64,000 nucleotides of DNA from an uncultured Lentisphaeraceae bacterium (GTDB lineage: Bacteria > Verrucomicrobiota > Kiritimatiellia > RFP12 > UBA1067), in contig CAYTWE010000006.1 in the NCBI GenBank assembly GCA_964440985.1, positions 521 through 64,520 on the forward strand. The letters are read 5' to 3'. The notes beneath the pieces are model-generated. The model worked only from the letters and a program-made list of their open reading frames with translations, had not been told where the DNA came from and made no database searches. Position numbers and translations under genes: made by a program. Positions within the stretch are counted from its first letter, which is position 1. Each line of letters starts with the position of its first letter. Below are positions 1 to 8,240 of this stretch, in pieces.

Positions 1-582
1 AGCGGCGGCGTCCACAAGGAGAAATGCACCGAGGCGAGCTGGGCGGACACCGTATCGAAGATGAACGCGGGAGGCTGGGGCAAATGGAAGGGCACCGCCT
101 ACGACCCCACACGCCCTGCGCTTCTTGAGGAGGTGCTGACGCTGGCGCGTGACGGCAGGTACATCTACGTGGAGGTGAAGGGGAACGACCCGTCGTGGGT
201 GCCGTACATCAAGGATGTGTTTGCGAAGCAGAAAAACGCGACGTCGGCCAACGTGCTGTTCATATCGTTCGGCGACAAAGTGTGCGCAGAGTTGAAACGG
301 CAGATGCCGGAATATCGCGTCTACTGGCTCACCGGCGCAAACATCACCGCCGAGGCGGTCGTCGCAAAGCTCAAGGATATCGGTGTTGACGGCGTTGACA
401 TCCATTTCGATCCTGCGGTCGTTGACGAGGCGTACATCAAGAAGGTGCGCGATGCCGGCTTCATGTTCCATGTGTGGACGGTAAACGACCTCGCCAAGGC
501 GGAGCTGGCGTTTTCGCGCGGAGCGGAGACGGTGACTACGGATTGCGCGAAGAAGCTTTTGGACGAGTACGTCGCCAAGTGA
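1..582 (+). CDS. Glycerophosphodiester phosphodiesterase family protein, 5'-truncated by the window edge (C-terminal part only).
   Basis: Frame 1 is open from nt 1 into ORF 61..582. The C-terminal 'FMFHVWTVND' block is typical of the GDPD TIM-barrel family. The product sits next to lipid-modifying genes. Confidence 0.7.
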   Translation, partial: SGGVHKEKCTEASWADTVSKMNAGGWGKWKGTAYDPTRPALLEEVLTLARDGRYIYVEVKGNDPSWVPYIKDVFAKQKNATSANVLFISFGDKVCAELKRQMPEYRVYWLTGANITAEAVVAKLKDIGVDGVDIHFDPAVVDEAYIKKVRDAGFMFHVWTVNDLAKAELAFSRGAETVTTDCAKKLLDEYVAK

Positions 583-650
583 TTCGTGCGTTGCGGGAAG
601 GCGGATGCTCCGCCGTTTCCTGTGGACTAATGTGAATTGAAGGTTGAACG

Positions 651-1223
651 ATGATGGGAAGCGAAGAGGAGATGCGCGGGTGCAGAGTGCTGCGAAGGGA
701 GGAATGGCGGCCAACCGCCGAATCGCCCAGGCCTGACGTTTCGTTCCTTCCCATGCTTGAGCGCCGCAGGCTCACGGCCGTCGAACGCGCCGCACTGCAC
801 GTGGCGTGGCGCGTGTTCCATGGCGGCGGGGCTGAGGCGTCCGGTCTGCCGCCGCCGGGGGAAGTCCCCGTCGTGTTTGCGTCGCGCTGGGGCGAAATCG
901 GCATAACGGCAAGGCTGATGCGTCAGGTGCATGACGAGGGGGAGATGTCGCCCGCCGGCTTTTCGTCGTCCGTACACAACGCCGCGCCAGGCGCCTGGTC
1001 GCTGTTCACGAAGAACAAGGCGCCGTATACAGCGATATCGGCGCGTGACAGGACATACGACATGGGGCTGCTTGAAGCGCGAGCGCAGATTGCGTCCGGA
1101 GCGCCGTATGTGCTGTACGTCTGTGCAGAGGAGGCTACGCCCGAGTGCTATGTGCCCGACTTCGGCGAACCTGTGCAACCACATGCTGTCGCGATGCTGC
1201 TTGCCGGGGGCGATAAGGGTTGA
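651..1223 (+). CDS. Beta-ketoacyl synthase N-terminal-like domain protein (small KAS-like protein without the full condensing enzyme).
   Basis: 190 aa; the 'FSSSVHNAAPGAWSL' region resembles the KAS N-terminal domain of the small KAS-like proteins found in lipid/aryl-polyene-type clusters. It is translationally coupled to the downstream acyltransferase by an ATGA overlap at 1220. Confidence 0.5.
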   Translation: MMGSEEEMRGCRVLRREEWRPTAESPRPDVSFLPMLERRRLTAVERAALHVAWRVFHGGGAEASGLPPPGEVPVVFASRWGEIGITARLMRQVHDEGEMSPAGFSSSVHNAAPGAWSLFTKNKAPYTAISARDRTYDMGLLEARAQIASGAPYVLYVCAEEATPECYVPDFGEPVQPHAVAMLLAGGDKG

Positions 1224-1960
1224 ATGCCGCAGTGCGCATACTCCGGTCGGCGCTGTGCGCCCTGTTCTTCCTGATGTTCGGAATCGGCGGGCTTCTCTTC
1301 TCGCTGATTCTTCTCCTTCCTGTGCCTGCGCGGTTGGCGCGTACGATGATGTGGCTCCAGTTCCGCCTTTTCGTGTGGGGGGCTGGGGTGACGCGGCTTT
1401 TCGTTGTGGAGGCGTCACCGTCAGACCGTGAGAGGTTCAGGTCGTTCAAAGGTGCGGTTGTGGTGTCCAACCACATCTCACTCATTGATTTCGTGATTCT
1501 CGTGTCGATGGTGCGCGATGCCGTATGCGTGACAAAGGATGCAGTCGGGCGCAATCCGTTCATGCGCGTGATAGCGCGAAAGATACTCATCGTGAATGAC
1601 GGGCCGGACGCCGTTTTGAGGCGTTCATGCGGACTGCTTGCCGGCGGCGCGAACGTAGTCGTGTTTCCGGAAGGCACACGCACTCCGGAGAATTCGCCAT
1701 CGCACGTCTTCCGTCGCGGTGCGGCGCATCTCTCGCTTCGCACCGGTGCGCCGATTGAAACTGTGCGCATATCCTGCGATCCGCCTGTTCTCGGCAAACA
1801 TCAGCCGTGGTGGGATGTGGGCGATCGTACGATAAGGTACACATTTCGCTATGCCGGACGAATAGATCCCGAGGCTGTGCGTTCCGGCGGATATGCGGCG
1901 CTCCGCGATGCGGCGAAGTCTCTGACTGACCGGGCCAGAAGGATGGTGTTCTGTCCATGA
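1220..1960 (+). CDS. Lysophospholipid acyltransferase (PlsC/LPLAT family), membrane-anchored.
   Basis: Hydrophobic N-terminal TM segment; 'NHISLIDF' matches the H(X)4D motif and 'FPEGTRT' is block III. Overlaps the neighbouring genes at both ends by 4 nt (ATGA). Confidence 0.8.
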   Translation: MNAAVRILRSALCALFFLMFGIGGLLFSLILLLPVPARLARTMMWLQFRLFVWGAGVTRLFVVEASPSDRERFRSFKGAVVVSNHISLIDFVILVSMVRDAVCVTKDAVGRNPFMRVIARKILIVNDGPDAVLRRSCGLLAGGANVVVFPEGTRTPENSPSHVFRRGAAHLSLRTGAPIETVRISCDPPVLGKHQPWWDVGDRTIRYTFRYAGRIDPEAVRSGGYAALRDAAKSLTDRARRMVFCP

Positions 1961-3006
1961 ACGGGATTGTCGCAAGCGTGATCGTCCCGTGCAGGGACGC
2001 CGCGGCCACAGCGGCGGAGGCCGTTGCGAGTGCGCTTGCATCGGAACTTCGCGAGATCGAGGTCATCGCTGTGGATGACGGCTCGGTTGACGGCACCGCC
2101 GGAATCCTTGCGGATATTGCGCTGAATGATTCGCGTGTTTGTGTGTTGTCCTCCGGCGGACGCGGCGTGTCTGCCGCCCGGAACGCCGGATTGGATGCCG
2201 CTCGCGGCGAATACGTGTTCTTCCTCGATGCCGACGACATCGTGGAGCCGGCCATGTACAGACGTGCCGTGGATGCAATGCGGAGGGAGAATGCGGACTT
2301 CTGCCGCATTGCGCACGAGGAGACAGGCGTGGAAACCGGAAACAGCGTCCGCGTTGCGGCCGGGGCGCGGTTCAGGTGCGATGACGCTGAAGCAGTGCGC
2401 AAGAATCTCATTCCGTGCTTTTTCGGCTATTCGTTTGAGCAGGTGCGCGACTGGTATCGCGGAAAGCCTCTCCACTCTCTGCGGGCTCTCGGATCGGTCT
2501 GGTCGGGATGCTTCCGCATGGATCTCATCCGCCGAAACGGCATAAGGTTCGACGAGACTGTAGAGCTGTACGAGGATGCCATGTTCCTTTGCGAATATCT
2601 CCTCGCGTGCAGCCGCACGACGGCGATAGACGATTGCCTGTACCACTACCGGCTGTCAATGTCCGGCTCCATGCTGTCCAAGTCGTCGAACGCCGTGTTC
2701 TTCACGAACAAGCTGCGTCTTCTCGCCCGGCGCAAGGCGATCGATGCAAAATGCGGAGGGATGCTTACAGATCAGTACGCGGCCTCATGCGTGTTCTCGC
2801 TCCTTGAGCTCCTTGCCGCATCCTTCAGGATAAGGCATGGATTCCGCATTGGCCTGGTCGCGTTTTTTCGCTACGGAAAAGATCCGGTCGTCAGGGCGGC
2901 GCTGCGCGGATTTCCGCTTTCGCCGCGGAAACCGGCCCTTGCCGTGGCAGTTCCGCTCTGCCGTGCGTTCTTCCGTTTGCTTAGTTTTTTCAATTTTGGC
3001 ACTTGA
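1957..3006 (+). CDS. Glycosyltransferase family 2.
   Basis: N-terminal 'SVIVPCRD...IEVIAVDDGSVDGT' and 'FFLDADD' (DxD) are GT-A fold GT2 hallmarks. Confidence 0.85.
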   Translation: MNGIVASVIVPCRDAAATAAEAVASALASELREIEVIAVDDGSVDGTAGILADIALNDSRVCVLSSGGRGVSAARNAGLDAARGEYVFFLDADDIVEPAMYRRAVDAMRRENADFCRIAHEETGVETGNSVRVAAGARFRCDDAEAVRKNLIPCFFGYSFEQVRDWYRGKPLHSLRALGSVWSGCFRMDLIRRNGIRFDETVELYEDAMFLCEYLLACSRTTAIDDCLYHYRLSMSGSMLSKSSNAVFFTNKLRLLARRKAIDAKCGGMLTDQYAASCVFSLLELLAASFRIRHGFRIGLVAFFRYGKDPVVRAALRGFPLSPRKPALAVAVPLCRAFFRLLSFFNFGT

Positions 3007-3032
3007 CGCACTTAATGCCGAAGTGTATACTT
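3004..3032 (+). promoter_or_regulatory. Sigma70-type promoter candidate (TTGACG-17-TATACT) upstream of the RRM protein gene.
   Basis: TTGACG at 3004-3009, a 17-nt spacer, then TATACT at 3027-3032. It lies in the intergenic region 70 nt upstream of ATG 3101. Confidence 0.45.
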
Positions 3033-3100
3033 TCCCCTCTTGAAGCCGCAAAAGGCGAGTGCCGAGCGCGGTTTACAGAAAAAAACAAGGACGAATCAAG

Positions 3101-3436
3101 ATGGATATCTACTGTGGTAACCTGGCTTACGCCACTACCGATGACGGATTGAAAGCCGCTTTCGCGGCGTATGGCGAAGTTACCTCCGCCCGCGTTGTGA
3201 CCGATCGCATGACCGGCCGCTCCAAGGGCTTCGGCTTCGTTGAGATGCCGGATGCAGAGCAGGCGACTGCCGCAATCGCAGCGCTCAACGGACACGACCT
3301 CGACGGTCGCCCGATCCGCGTGAACGAATCGCAGCCCAAGCCGCGTGACGACCGCCGTGGTGGCGGGCGTGGCGGCCGCAGCGGCGGCTTCGGCGGACGT
3401 GACCGCAACCGTGGCCCGCGTGACACTCGCTGGTAA
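3101..3436 (+). CDS. RRM-type RNA-binding protein with a glycine/arginine-rich (RGG) tail.
   Basis: 'MDIYCGNL' is the RNP-2 motif and 'KGFGFVEM' is RNP-1; the C-terminus carries 'RGGGRGGRSGGFGGRDR'. I take the internal ATG at 3101 of ORF 3059..3436 as the start, consistent with canonical Rbp N-termini. Confidence 0.85.
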   Translation: MDIYCGNLAYATTDDGLKAAFAAYGEVTSARVVTDRMTGRSKGFGFVEMPDAEQATAAIAALNGHDLDGRPIRVNESQPKPRDDRRGGGRGGRSGGFGGRDRNRGPRDTRW

Positions 3437-3461
3437 TGATCCGCATCCAAAGCGGAATAAG

Positions 3462-3492
3462 GAAGGGCGCGGACAGGTCCGCGCCCTTTTTT
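3462..3492 (+). terminator. Rho-independent terminator after the RRM protein gene.
   Basis: GGGCGCGG-loop-CCGCGCCC stem (8-10 bp) followed by TTTTTTT. Confidence 0.8.
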
Positions 3493-3502
3493 TGTGCTAT
3501 AA
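3493..3502 (+). promoter_or_regulatory. Extended -10 promoter element (TGCTATAAT) 9 nt upstream of the DJ-1 start; implies a leaderless or near-leaderless mRNA.
   Basis: TGC + TATAAT at 3494-3502, with ATG at 3512. There is no room for an SD sequence. Confidence 0.45.
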
Positions 3503-3511
3503 TAGGCATCC

Positions 3512-4063
3512 ATGAAAACTGCACTCGTTCCATTGGCCGACGGATTTGAGGAGATTGAAGCGGTCGCCGTGATAGATGTACTGCGTCGCGGCGGCGTGGA
3601 GGTCGTAACCGCCTCCATCGGGGCTGACAGATGCGCGGTATCGGCGCACGGCATCCGCATGGAGACGGATGCCGCCCTGCGCGATGTGATCGACAACGAT
3701 TGGGATGCGATCGTGCTGCCCGGTGGCGGCGAGGGCACGGCTAACCTCATGGCCTGTGAGGAGCTTGCCGTCCGTCTGCGTAGGCAGAAGTTCGATGACG
3801 GCGGGCTTGTGTGCGCAATCTGCGCCGCCCCCACGGTTCTTGCCGCCGCAGATGTCCTTGACGATGAGGACGTCACGTGCTATCCGAGCTGCGTCGGCGA
3901 CATGGGTCGGCCCGTGGTGGATGCCCCGGCGGTGGCGGATGGGCAGATAATCACCGGCAGAGGCCCTGGCGCAGCGATCACGTTTGCGCTTGCGGTTCTT
4001 GCCCATCTTGCGGGAGAGGACGTGGCGCATGAGGTTGCGCACGGCATGGTGACTGTGCTATGA
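3512..4063 (+). CDS. DJ-1/PfpI (ThiJ) family protein.
   Basis: 183 aa; the nucleophile-elbow Cys sits in 'VCAICAAP'. The family N-terminus 'LVPLADGFEEIEAVAVIDVLRRGG' is present. Confidence 0.85.
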   Translation: MKTALVPLADGFEEIEAVAVIDVLRRGGVEVVTASIGADRCAVSAHGIRMETDAALRDVIDNDWDAIVLPGGGEGTANLMACEELAVRLRRQKFDDGGLVCAICAAPTVLAAADVLDDEDVTCYPSCVGDMGRPVVDAPAVADGQIITGRGPGAAITFALAVLAHLAGEDVAHEVAHGMVTVL

Positions 4064-4788
4064 AAAACATTGTCGTGACATTTCTGGCCTTGGTGGGGGC
4101 CATCGCGCTTGCTGCGGGCGGCGTGTTTCTGTGGATGAACCGTCCGGGCAGGATGGCCGTATCCGTGAACGGCAGGGTGCTGACCGACCAGGAGCTGACC
4201 TGGCGCGCCAAGACGCTCATTCATGACGCAAAGCGCATGGAGCGGCTTCTCATCCCTGAAAGGCGAATGGATGAGGCGTTGAGGTACTATCGCCGGATGG
4301 CGGCGAAGATGTGGATCGTGAAGGAGGTCATGCTCGCTGCAGCCGTTGAGTCCGGCATGAAGGTTTCGCCTGAAGACGAGAAGACTTCGTTCAGCAAGGC
4401 CGAGGCGCAGCTGCGTTCGAGAAACATGACGATGGAGCAGTTCTTCAAGGAAGGCCCCATCCCGGAGGAGACGAAGCGCTCTGATTTCCGCGAGTCGGTG
4501 CTTATCGAGAAGTTCACGCGCCGCGAGATCGACGGCAAGCTGGGATTCGGGGCGAAGGAGATCGACGACAAGACGAAGGAGCTGCGCGAACTGAACGCCA
4601 TTGCGTCCAAGGCCGGACGCCAGCCTCCGTACCGTACCGACAGGAAGAGCGTGATCGATGCCGTCCGGCAGGACAAGTACAACATTGCGTTCAGGGCGCT
4701 GTTCCGCGAACGTTTCGGGCGGATGTCAGTGGAGTGCCCTGCGTTTCCGGAGCTTGAGACCGTTGACGGGGTTTCGCCGTCGCGGTGA
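4060..4788 (+). CDS. SurA N-terminal-domain-like membrane-anchored chaperone protein (no PPIase domain).
   Basis: N-terminal TM helix; a 'VNGRVLTDQEL' block as in SurA_N proteins. ATGA overlap with DJ-1. Confidence 0.5.
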   Translation: MKNIVVTFLALVGAIALAAGGVFLWMNRPGRMAVSVNGRVLTDQELTWRAKTLIHDAKRMERLLIPERRMDEALRYYRRMAAKMWIVKEVMLAAAVESGMKVSPEDEKTSFSKAEAQLRSRNMTMEQFFKEGPIPEETKRSDFRESVLIEKFTRREIDGKLGFGAKEIDDKTKELRELNAIASKAGRQPPYRTDRKSVIDAVRQDKYNIAFRALFRERFGRMSVECPAFPELETVDGVSPSR

Positions 4789-4819
4789 AAAAACGGTTGC
4801 GTACGCATATGCGATTAAC

Positions 4820-4825
4820 TATAAT
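4820..4825 (+). promoter_or_regulatory. -10 hexamer TATAAT upstream of the secreted Pro/Gly-rich protein gene.
   Basis: Intergenic TATAAT lies about 40 nt upstream of ATG 4866, with the RBS GAAGGTG in between. Confidence 0.35.
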
Positions 4826-4865
4826 CTGCGCCGTTTTTTGTACAGTCAAAGAAAGAAGGTGACCC

Positions 4866-5327
4866 ATGAAGAAAGCGATGGTTTTGTTTGTTGTTGCCGT
4901 CATGGCGTTTTGCGCATCGGCTCGTCCTGGTCCAGGCCCTGGCCCGCGTCCAGGCCATGGTCCGCGTCCCGGACATTTTGGCGGCGGGCATCCGCCACCG
5001 CGTCATCATCATCGCGGCGGCGCAGCGTGGGGCATAGGCGCCGGCATCCTTGGCGCAGGTCTCGTCGCCTCGTCCATCTATGCCGCAACGCATCCGCAGC
5101 CCGTCGTTGTCTCCACTCCGCCGGTCGTGGTCACTCCGACTCCTGTCGTCACTCCGGCTCCGGTCGTGGTCGCACAGCCTGTCGTCACAACCGGACACTA
5201 CGAAACACGCGCCCAGAACGTGTGGGTTGAGGGCCGCTATGTGGATCAGTACGTGAACGGCGTGGTGCAGCGCGTGTGGCAGCCTGGACACTACGAACAG
5301 GTGCAGACTCAGGTTTGGGTGCCGTGA
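4866..5327 (+). CDS. Secreted low-complexity protein: Pro/Gly/His-rich region, a glycine-zipper segment, and two C-terminal GHYE...VWV repeats.
   Basis: Sec signal peptide 'MKKAMVLFVVAVMAFCASA'. (PGPGPRPGHG) repeats, 'HPPPRHHHR', 'GIGAGILGAGLVASS' and 'GHYETRAQNVWVEG...GHYEQVQTQVWVP' follow. Confidence 0.55.
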   Translation: MKKAMVLFVVAVMAFCASARPGPGPGPRPGHGPRPGHFGGGHPPPRHHHRGGAAWGIGAGILGAGLVASSIYAATHPQPVVVSTPPVVVTPTPVVTPAPVVVAQPVVTTGHYETRAQNVWVEGRYVDQYVNGVVQRVWQPGHYEQVQTQVWVP

Positions 5328-5370
5328 CGTCGGCGGACTTCTGCGAAGCTTCAGGTTGAGGGCATAGGAA

Positions 5371-6492
5371 TTGGACAGCGAATTTCTCGTGTTTGACCGT
5401 GTGACGAAGCGCTTTGGCGCCCTCACGGCCGTAGACAACGTATCCATCTCAATCAAGAAGGGCGAGTTCTTTTCGCTGCTCGGCCCGTCGGGTTGCGGAA
5501 AGACGACGCTTCTCAGGATGCTTGGCGGTTTTGAGCGCCCTGACAGCGGGCGCATCTACCTTGACGGCAAGGACATAACGGATGATCCGCCGAACAAGCG
5601 CCGTGTGCACACGGTCTTCCAGAACTATGCGCTTTTTCCGACAATGACGATCTGGGACAACATCGCGTTCTCCCTCCGGCTCCAGAAGAAGCCGAAGGAG
5701 GAGGTGGAGGAGACCGTTGACGCGATGCTTGAGCTGATCCGCATGGGGGAGCACGCATGGAAGTATCCGAGCATGCTCTCCGGCGGACAGAAGCAGCGCG
5801 TCGCCATCGCCCGCGCCCTCGTCGATCGTCCGCAGGTGCTGCTCCTCGATGAGCCGCTTGCCGCCCTTGACCTGAAGCTTCGTCAGCACATGCTGCTTGA
5901 ACTTGATACGATACACGATCAGGTTGGAATCACGTTCATATATGTCACGCACGACCAGGGCGAGGCCATGTCGCTTTCAGACCGCATAGCGGTGATGAAC
6001 AGCGGACACGTGGAGCAGCTCGATACGGCGGCGAAGATATACGAGGCCCCGAAGTCGGCGTTTGTCGCATCGTTCATCGGCGACACCAACTTCTTCGAGG
6101 GGACGATCGTGTCGGAGGAGGGCGACTACTGCACGATCTCCGTGGCGGGATTTGCGAGCGTCTGCGCGTTCAACGACCGTAAGCTTGCCGTGGGGCAGAG
6201 CGTCCACCTCTCCGTAAGGCCGGAGAAGATTCGCGTCACGCTTGCACCGCCGCCGCCGGAGAAGGGCGCCCGCATAAACGTGTTCGAGTCCACGGTGAAG
6301 GATGTGATCTATCAGGGTGTGTACACGAAATACTGGCTTGAGTCCGTCGGCAAGCGGGTGCAGGCGCTGAAGCCTCATTCCCGCTTTCTCCTTGACCAGG
6401 AGACAATCACATGGAACGACAAGGTCTACATGTGGTGGCATCCGGACGACGGCTACATGGTTGAGGATTCCGCAAATGAAAACGTTCACTGA
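5371..6492 (+). CDS. ABC transporter ATP-binding protein (PotA/MalK-type with a C-terminal TOBE-like regulatory domain); no cognate permease is adjacent.
   Basis: Walker A 'GPSGCGKTT', Q-loop, signature 'LSGGQKQR', Walker B 'LLLDEPL', and an H-loop. TTG start at 5371; an alternative GTG at 5389 is possible. Confidence 0.9.
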   Translation: MDSEFLVFDRVTKRFGALTAVDNVSISIKKGEFFSLLGPSGCGKTTLLRMLGGFERPDSGRIYLDGKDITDDPPNKRRVHTVFQNYALFPTMTIWDNIAFSLRLQKKPKEEVEETVDAMLELIRMGEHAWKYPSMLSGGQKQRVAIARALVDRPQVLLLDEPLAALDLKLRQHMLLELDTIHDQVGITFIYVTHDQGEAMSLSDRIAVMNSGHVEQLDTAAKIYEAPKSAFVASFIGDTNFFEGTIVSEEGDYCTISVAGFASVCAFNDRKLAVGQSVHLSVRPEKIRVTLAPPPPEKGARINVFESTVKDVIYQGVYTKYWLESVGKRVQALKPHSRFLLDQETITWNDKVYMWWHPDDGYMVEDSANENVH

Positions 6493-7303
6493 TCCGCAGC
6501 GTCTGCAGAAATGGTGCTCCGCCCGCCGCATGGCAGGCGCGAAGGTCGCTCTTGTGCCGACAATGGGTGCGCTGCACGAAGGGCATCTTTCGCTGATCGC
6601 CGCCGCCAGGCGGGCCGGCGCGGACGAGATAGTCGTCTCCGTATTCGTGAACCCGACCCAGTTCGGCCCAAACGAGGACTACGCAAAGTATCCGCGTACG
6701 GCGAAGGCCGATTCGGCAAAGTGCCGCAAGGCGGGTGCTACGGCGATATTCTTCCCGACGCCGTCCAACATGTATGCCGCCGACCATTCCGTGTGGGTGG
6801 AGGAGGATGGCGCACTTTCCGGATGCCTGTGCGGGGCGCGTCGTCCTGGACATTTCCGAGGGGTGTGCACCGTTGTCGCAAAGCTGTTCAATCTGGCGCA
6901 CCCGCATATCGCGGTGTTCGGGCAGAAGGATTTCCAGCAGGCTGCAATCATCAAGCGCATGGTGCGCGACCTGAACTTCGATGTCAACGTGGTTGTCGCA
7001 CCGATCGTCAGGGAGCCGTCAGGCCTTGCGCGGTCATCCCGCAACGAATACCTTTCGGCGGAGGAGCGTGAACGCGCCCTGGCCATTTCGCGGTCTCTCG
7101 CCGCGCTGAAGCCCGGCCCATGGGCGAAGCAGCGGCGCATTGCCGAGCGAAACCTCGCGGACAGCGGGCTGAAGGTCGATTACGTGGAGGCGGTGGACGC
7201 CGAAACGCTGAAGCCGGTGAAGTCGGTGCGCAATGGCGTGGCGGTGCTTGTCGCCGCGTATGACGGCAGGACGAGGCTGATAGACAACCGCCTGTTCACG
7301 TGA
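6476..7303 (+). CDS. panC: Pantoate--beta-alanine ligase.
   Basis: 'ALVPTMGALHEGHLSLI' (HIGH-like) and the 'FGQKDFQQ' motif. The start is the internal ATG of ORF 6392..7303, with RBS GAGGA. Confidence 0.9.
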   Translation: MKTFTDPQRLQKWCSARRMAGAKVALVPTMGALHEGHLSLIAAARRAGADEIVVSVFVNPTQFGPNEDYAKYPRTAKADSAKCRKAGATAIFFPTPSNMYAADHSVWVEEDGALSGCLCGARRPGHFRGVCTVVAKLFNLAHPHIAVFGQKDFQQAAIIKRMVRDLNFDVNVVVAPIVREPSGLARSSRNEYLSAEERERALAISRSLAALKPGPWAKQRRIAERNLADSGLKVDYVEAVDAETLKPVKSVRNGVAVLVAAYDGRTRLIDNRLFT

Positions 7304-7361
7304 CGCGCCGGCGCCGGGCGGCAAATGGCATTTCATCATTTAAGCATCAGGAGAGGAAACA

Positions 7362-8240
7362 ATGAAACTTCAGGGAACAATCACTGCGATGGTCACGCCA
7401 TTCGCCAAGGACGGCTCCGTCGATTACGGACGCCTTGCGGAGTTCGTCGACTGGCAGTGCAGAAACGGCGTAGAGGGGCTTTGCCCCGTCGGCACGACAG
7501 GCGAATCGCCCACATTGGATCATGTCGAACACCACAAGGTGATTGAGGAGACGATCAAGAGCGCAAACGGACGCGTGAAGATAATCGCCGGCACGGGCGC
7601 GAACTCCACGGCCGAGGCGGTGTCACTCACGAAGGCCGCCATCGCGATGGGCGGCGCGGATGCCTGCCTGCAGGTTACGCCGTACTACAACAAGCCGAAC
7701 GCCGAGGGGCTGTACCGCCATTTCATGACAATCGCCGACCTTGGGCTGCCCGTTGTCCTGTACAACGTGCCGGGCCGCGCCGGACGTGAGCTGCCGATCG
7801 ATGTTGTCGTTCGCCTTTCCGCACATCCGAACATAGTCGCGATAAAGGAGGCTGCCGGCTCCGTCGAGCGCGTGAGCGCACTCAAGACGCGCTGTCCCGA
7901 CCTGACCGTCCTTTCGGGCGACGACTCACTCGCGCTTCCCATGATCTCCGTCGGCGCGTCCGGCGTGATATCGGTGGCGTCGGACGTGATGCCGCGTGAA
8001 GTGAGCGACTTCGTGCGCACCGCCCTTGCGGGTGACATGGCGACTGCGCGTACGCTGCACCTCAAGTACTACAGGCTGTTCCACAATCTCTTCATCGACA
8101 CCAATCCGGTCATGGTGAAGGAGGCTCTCGCCATGCTCGGCAAGATCGACCTTGCGTACCGTCTGCCGCTCTGTGAGACCACGGCGGCGAACCGCGCCGA
8201 AATGGCCGATACCCTCAAGGAGCTGGGGGTGCTGAAATGA
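7362..8240 (+). CDS. dapA: 4-hydroxy-tetrahydrodipicolinate synthase.
   Basis: 'AMVTPF...GTTGE' N-terminus and the DapA/NAL family active-site Lys region; RBS AGGAGAGG. Confidence 0.9.
   Translation: MKLQGTITAMVTPFAKDGSVDYGRLAEFVDWQCRNGVEGLCPVGTTGESPTLDHVEHHKVIEETIKSANGRVKIIAGTGANSTAEAVSLTKAAIAMGGADACLQVTPYYNKPNAEGLYRHFMTIADLGLPVVLYNVPGRAGRELPIDVVVRLSAHPNIVAIKEAAGSVERVSALKTRCPDLTVLSGDDSLALPMISVGASGVISVASDVMPREVSDFVRTALAGDMATARTLHLKYYRLFHNLFIDTNPVMVKEALAMLGKIDLAYRLPLCETTAANRAEMADTLKELGVLK

Noticed and set aside
7304-7320. A GCGCCGGCGC palindrome after panC as a terminator.
   Set aside because: It is a perfect 10-nt palindrome with no loop and no downstream T-tract, so it is unlikely to act as an intrinsic terminator.
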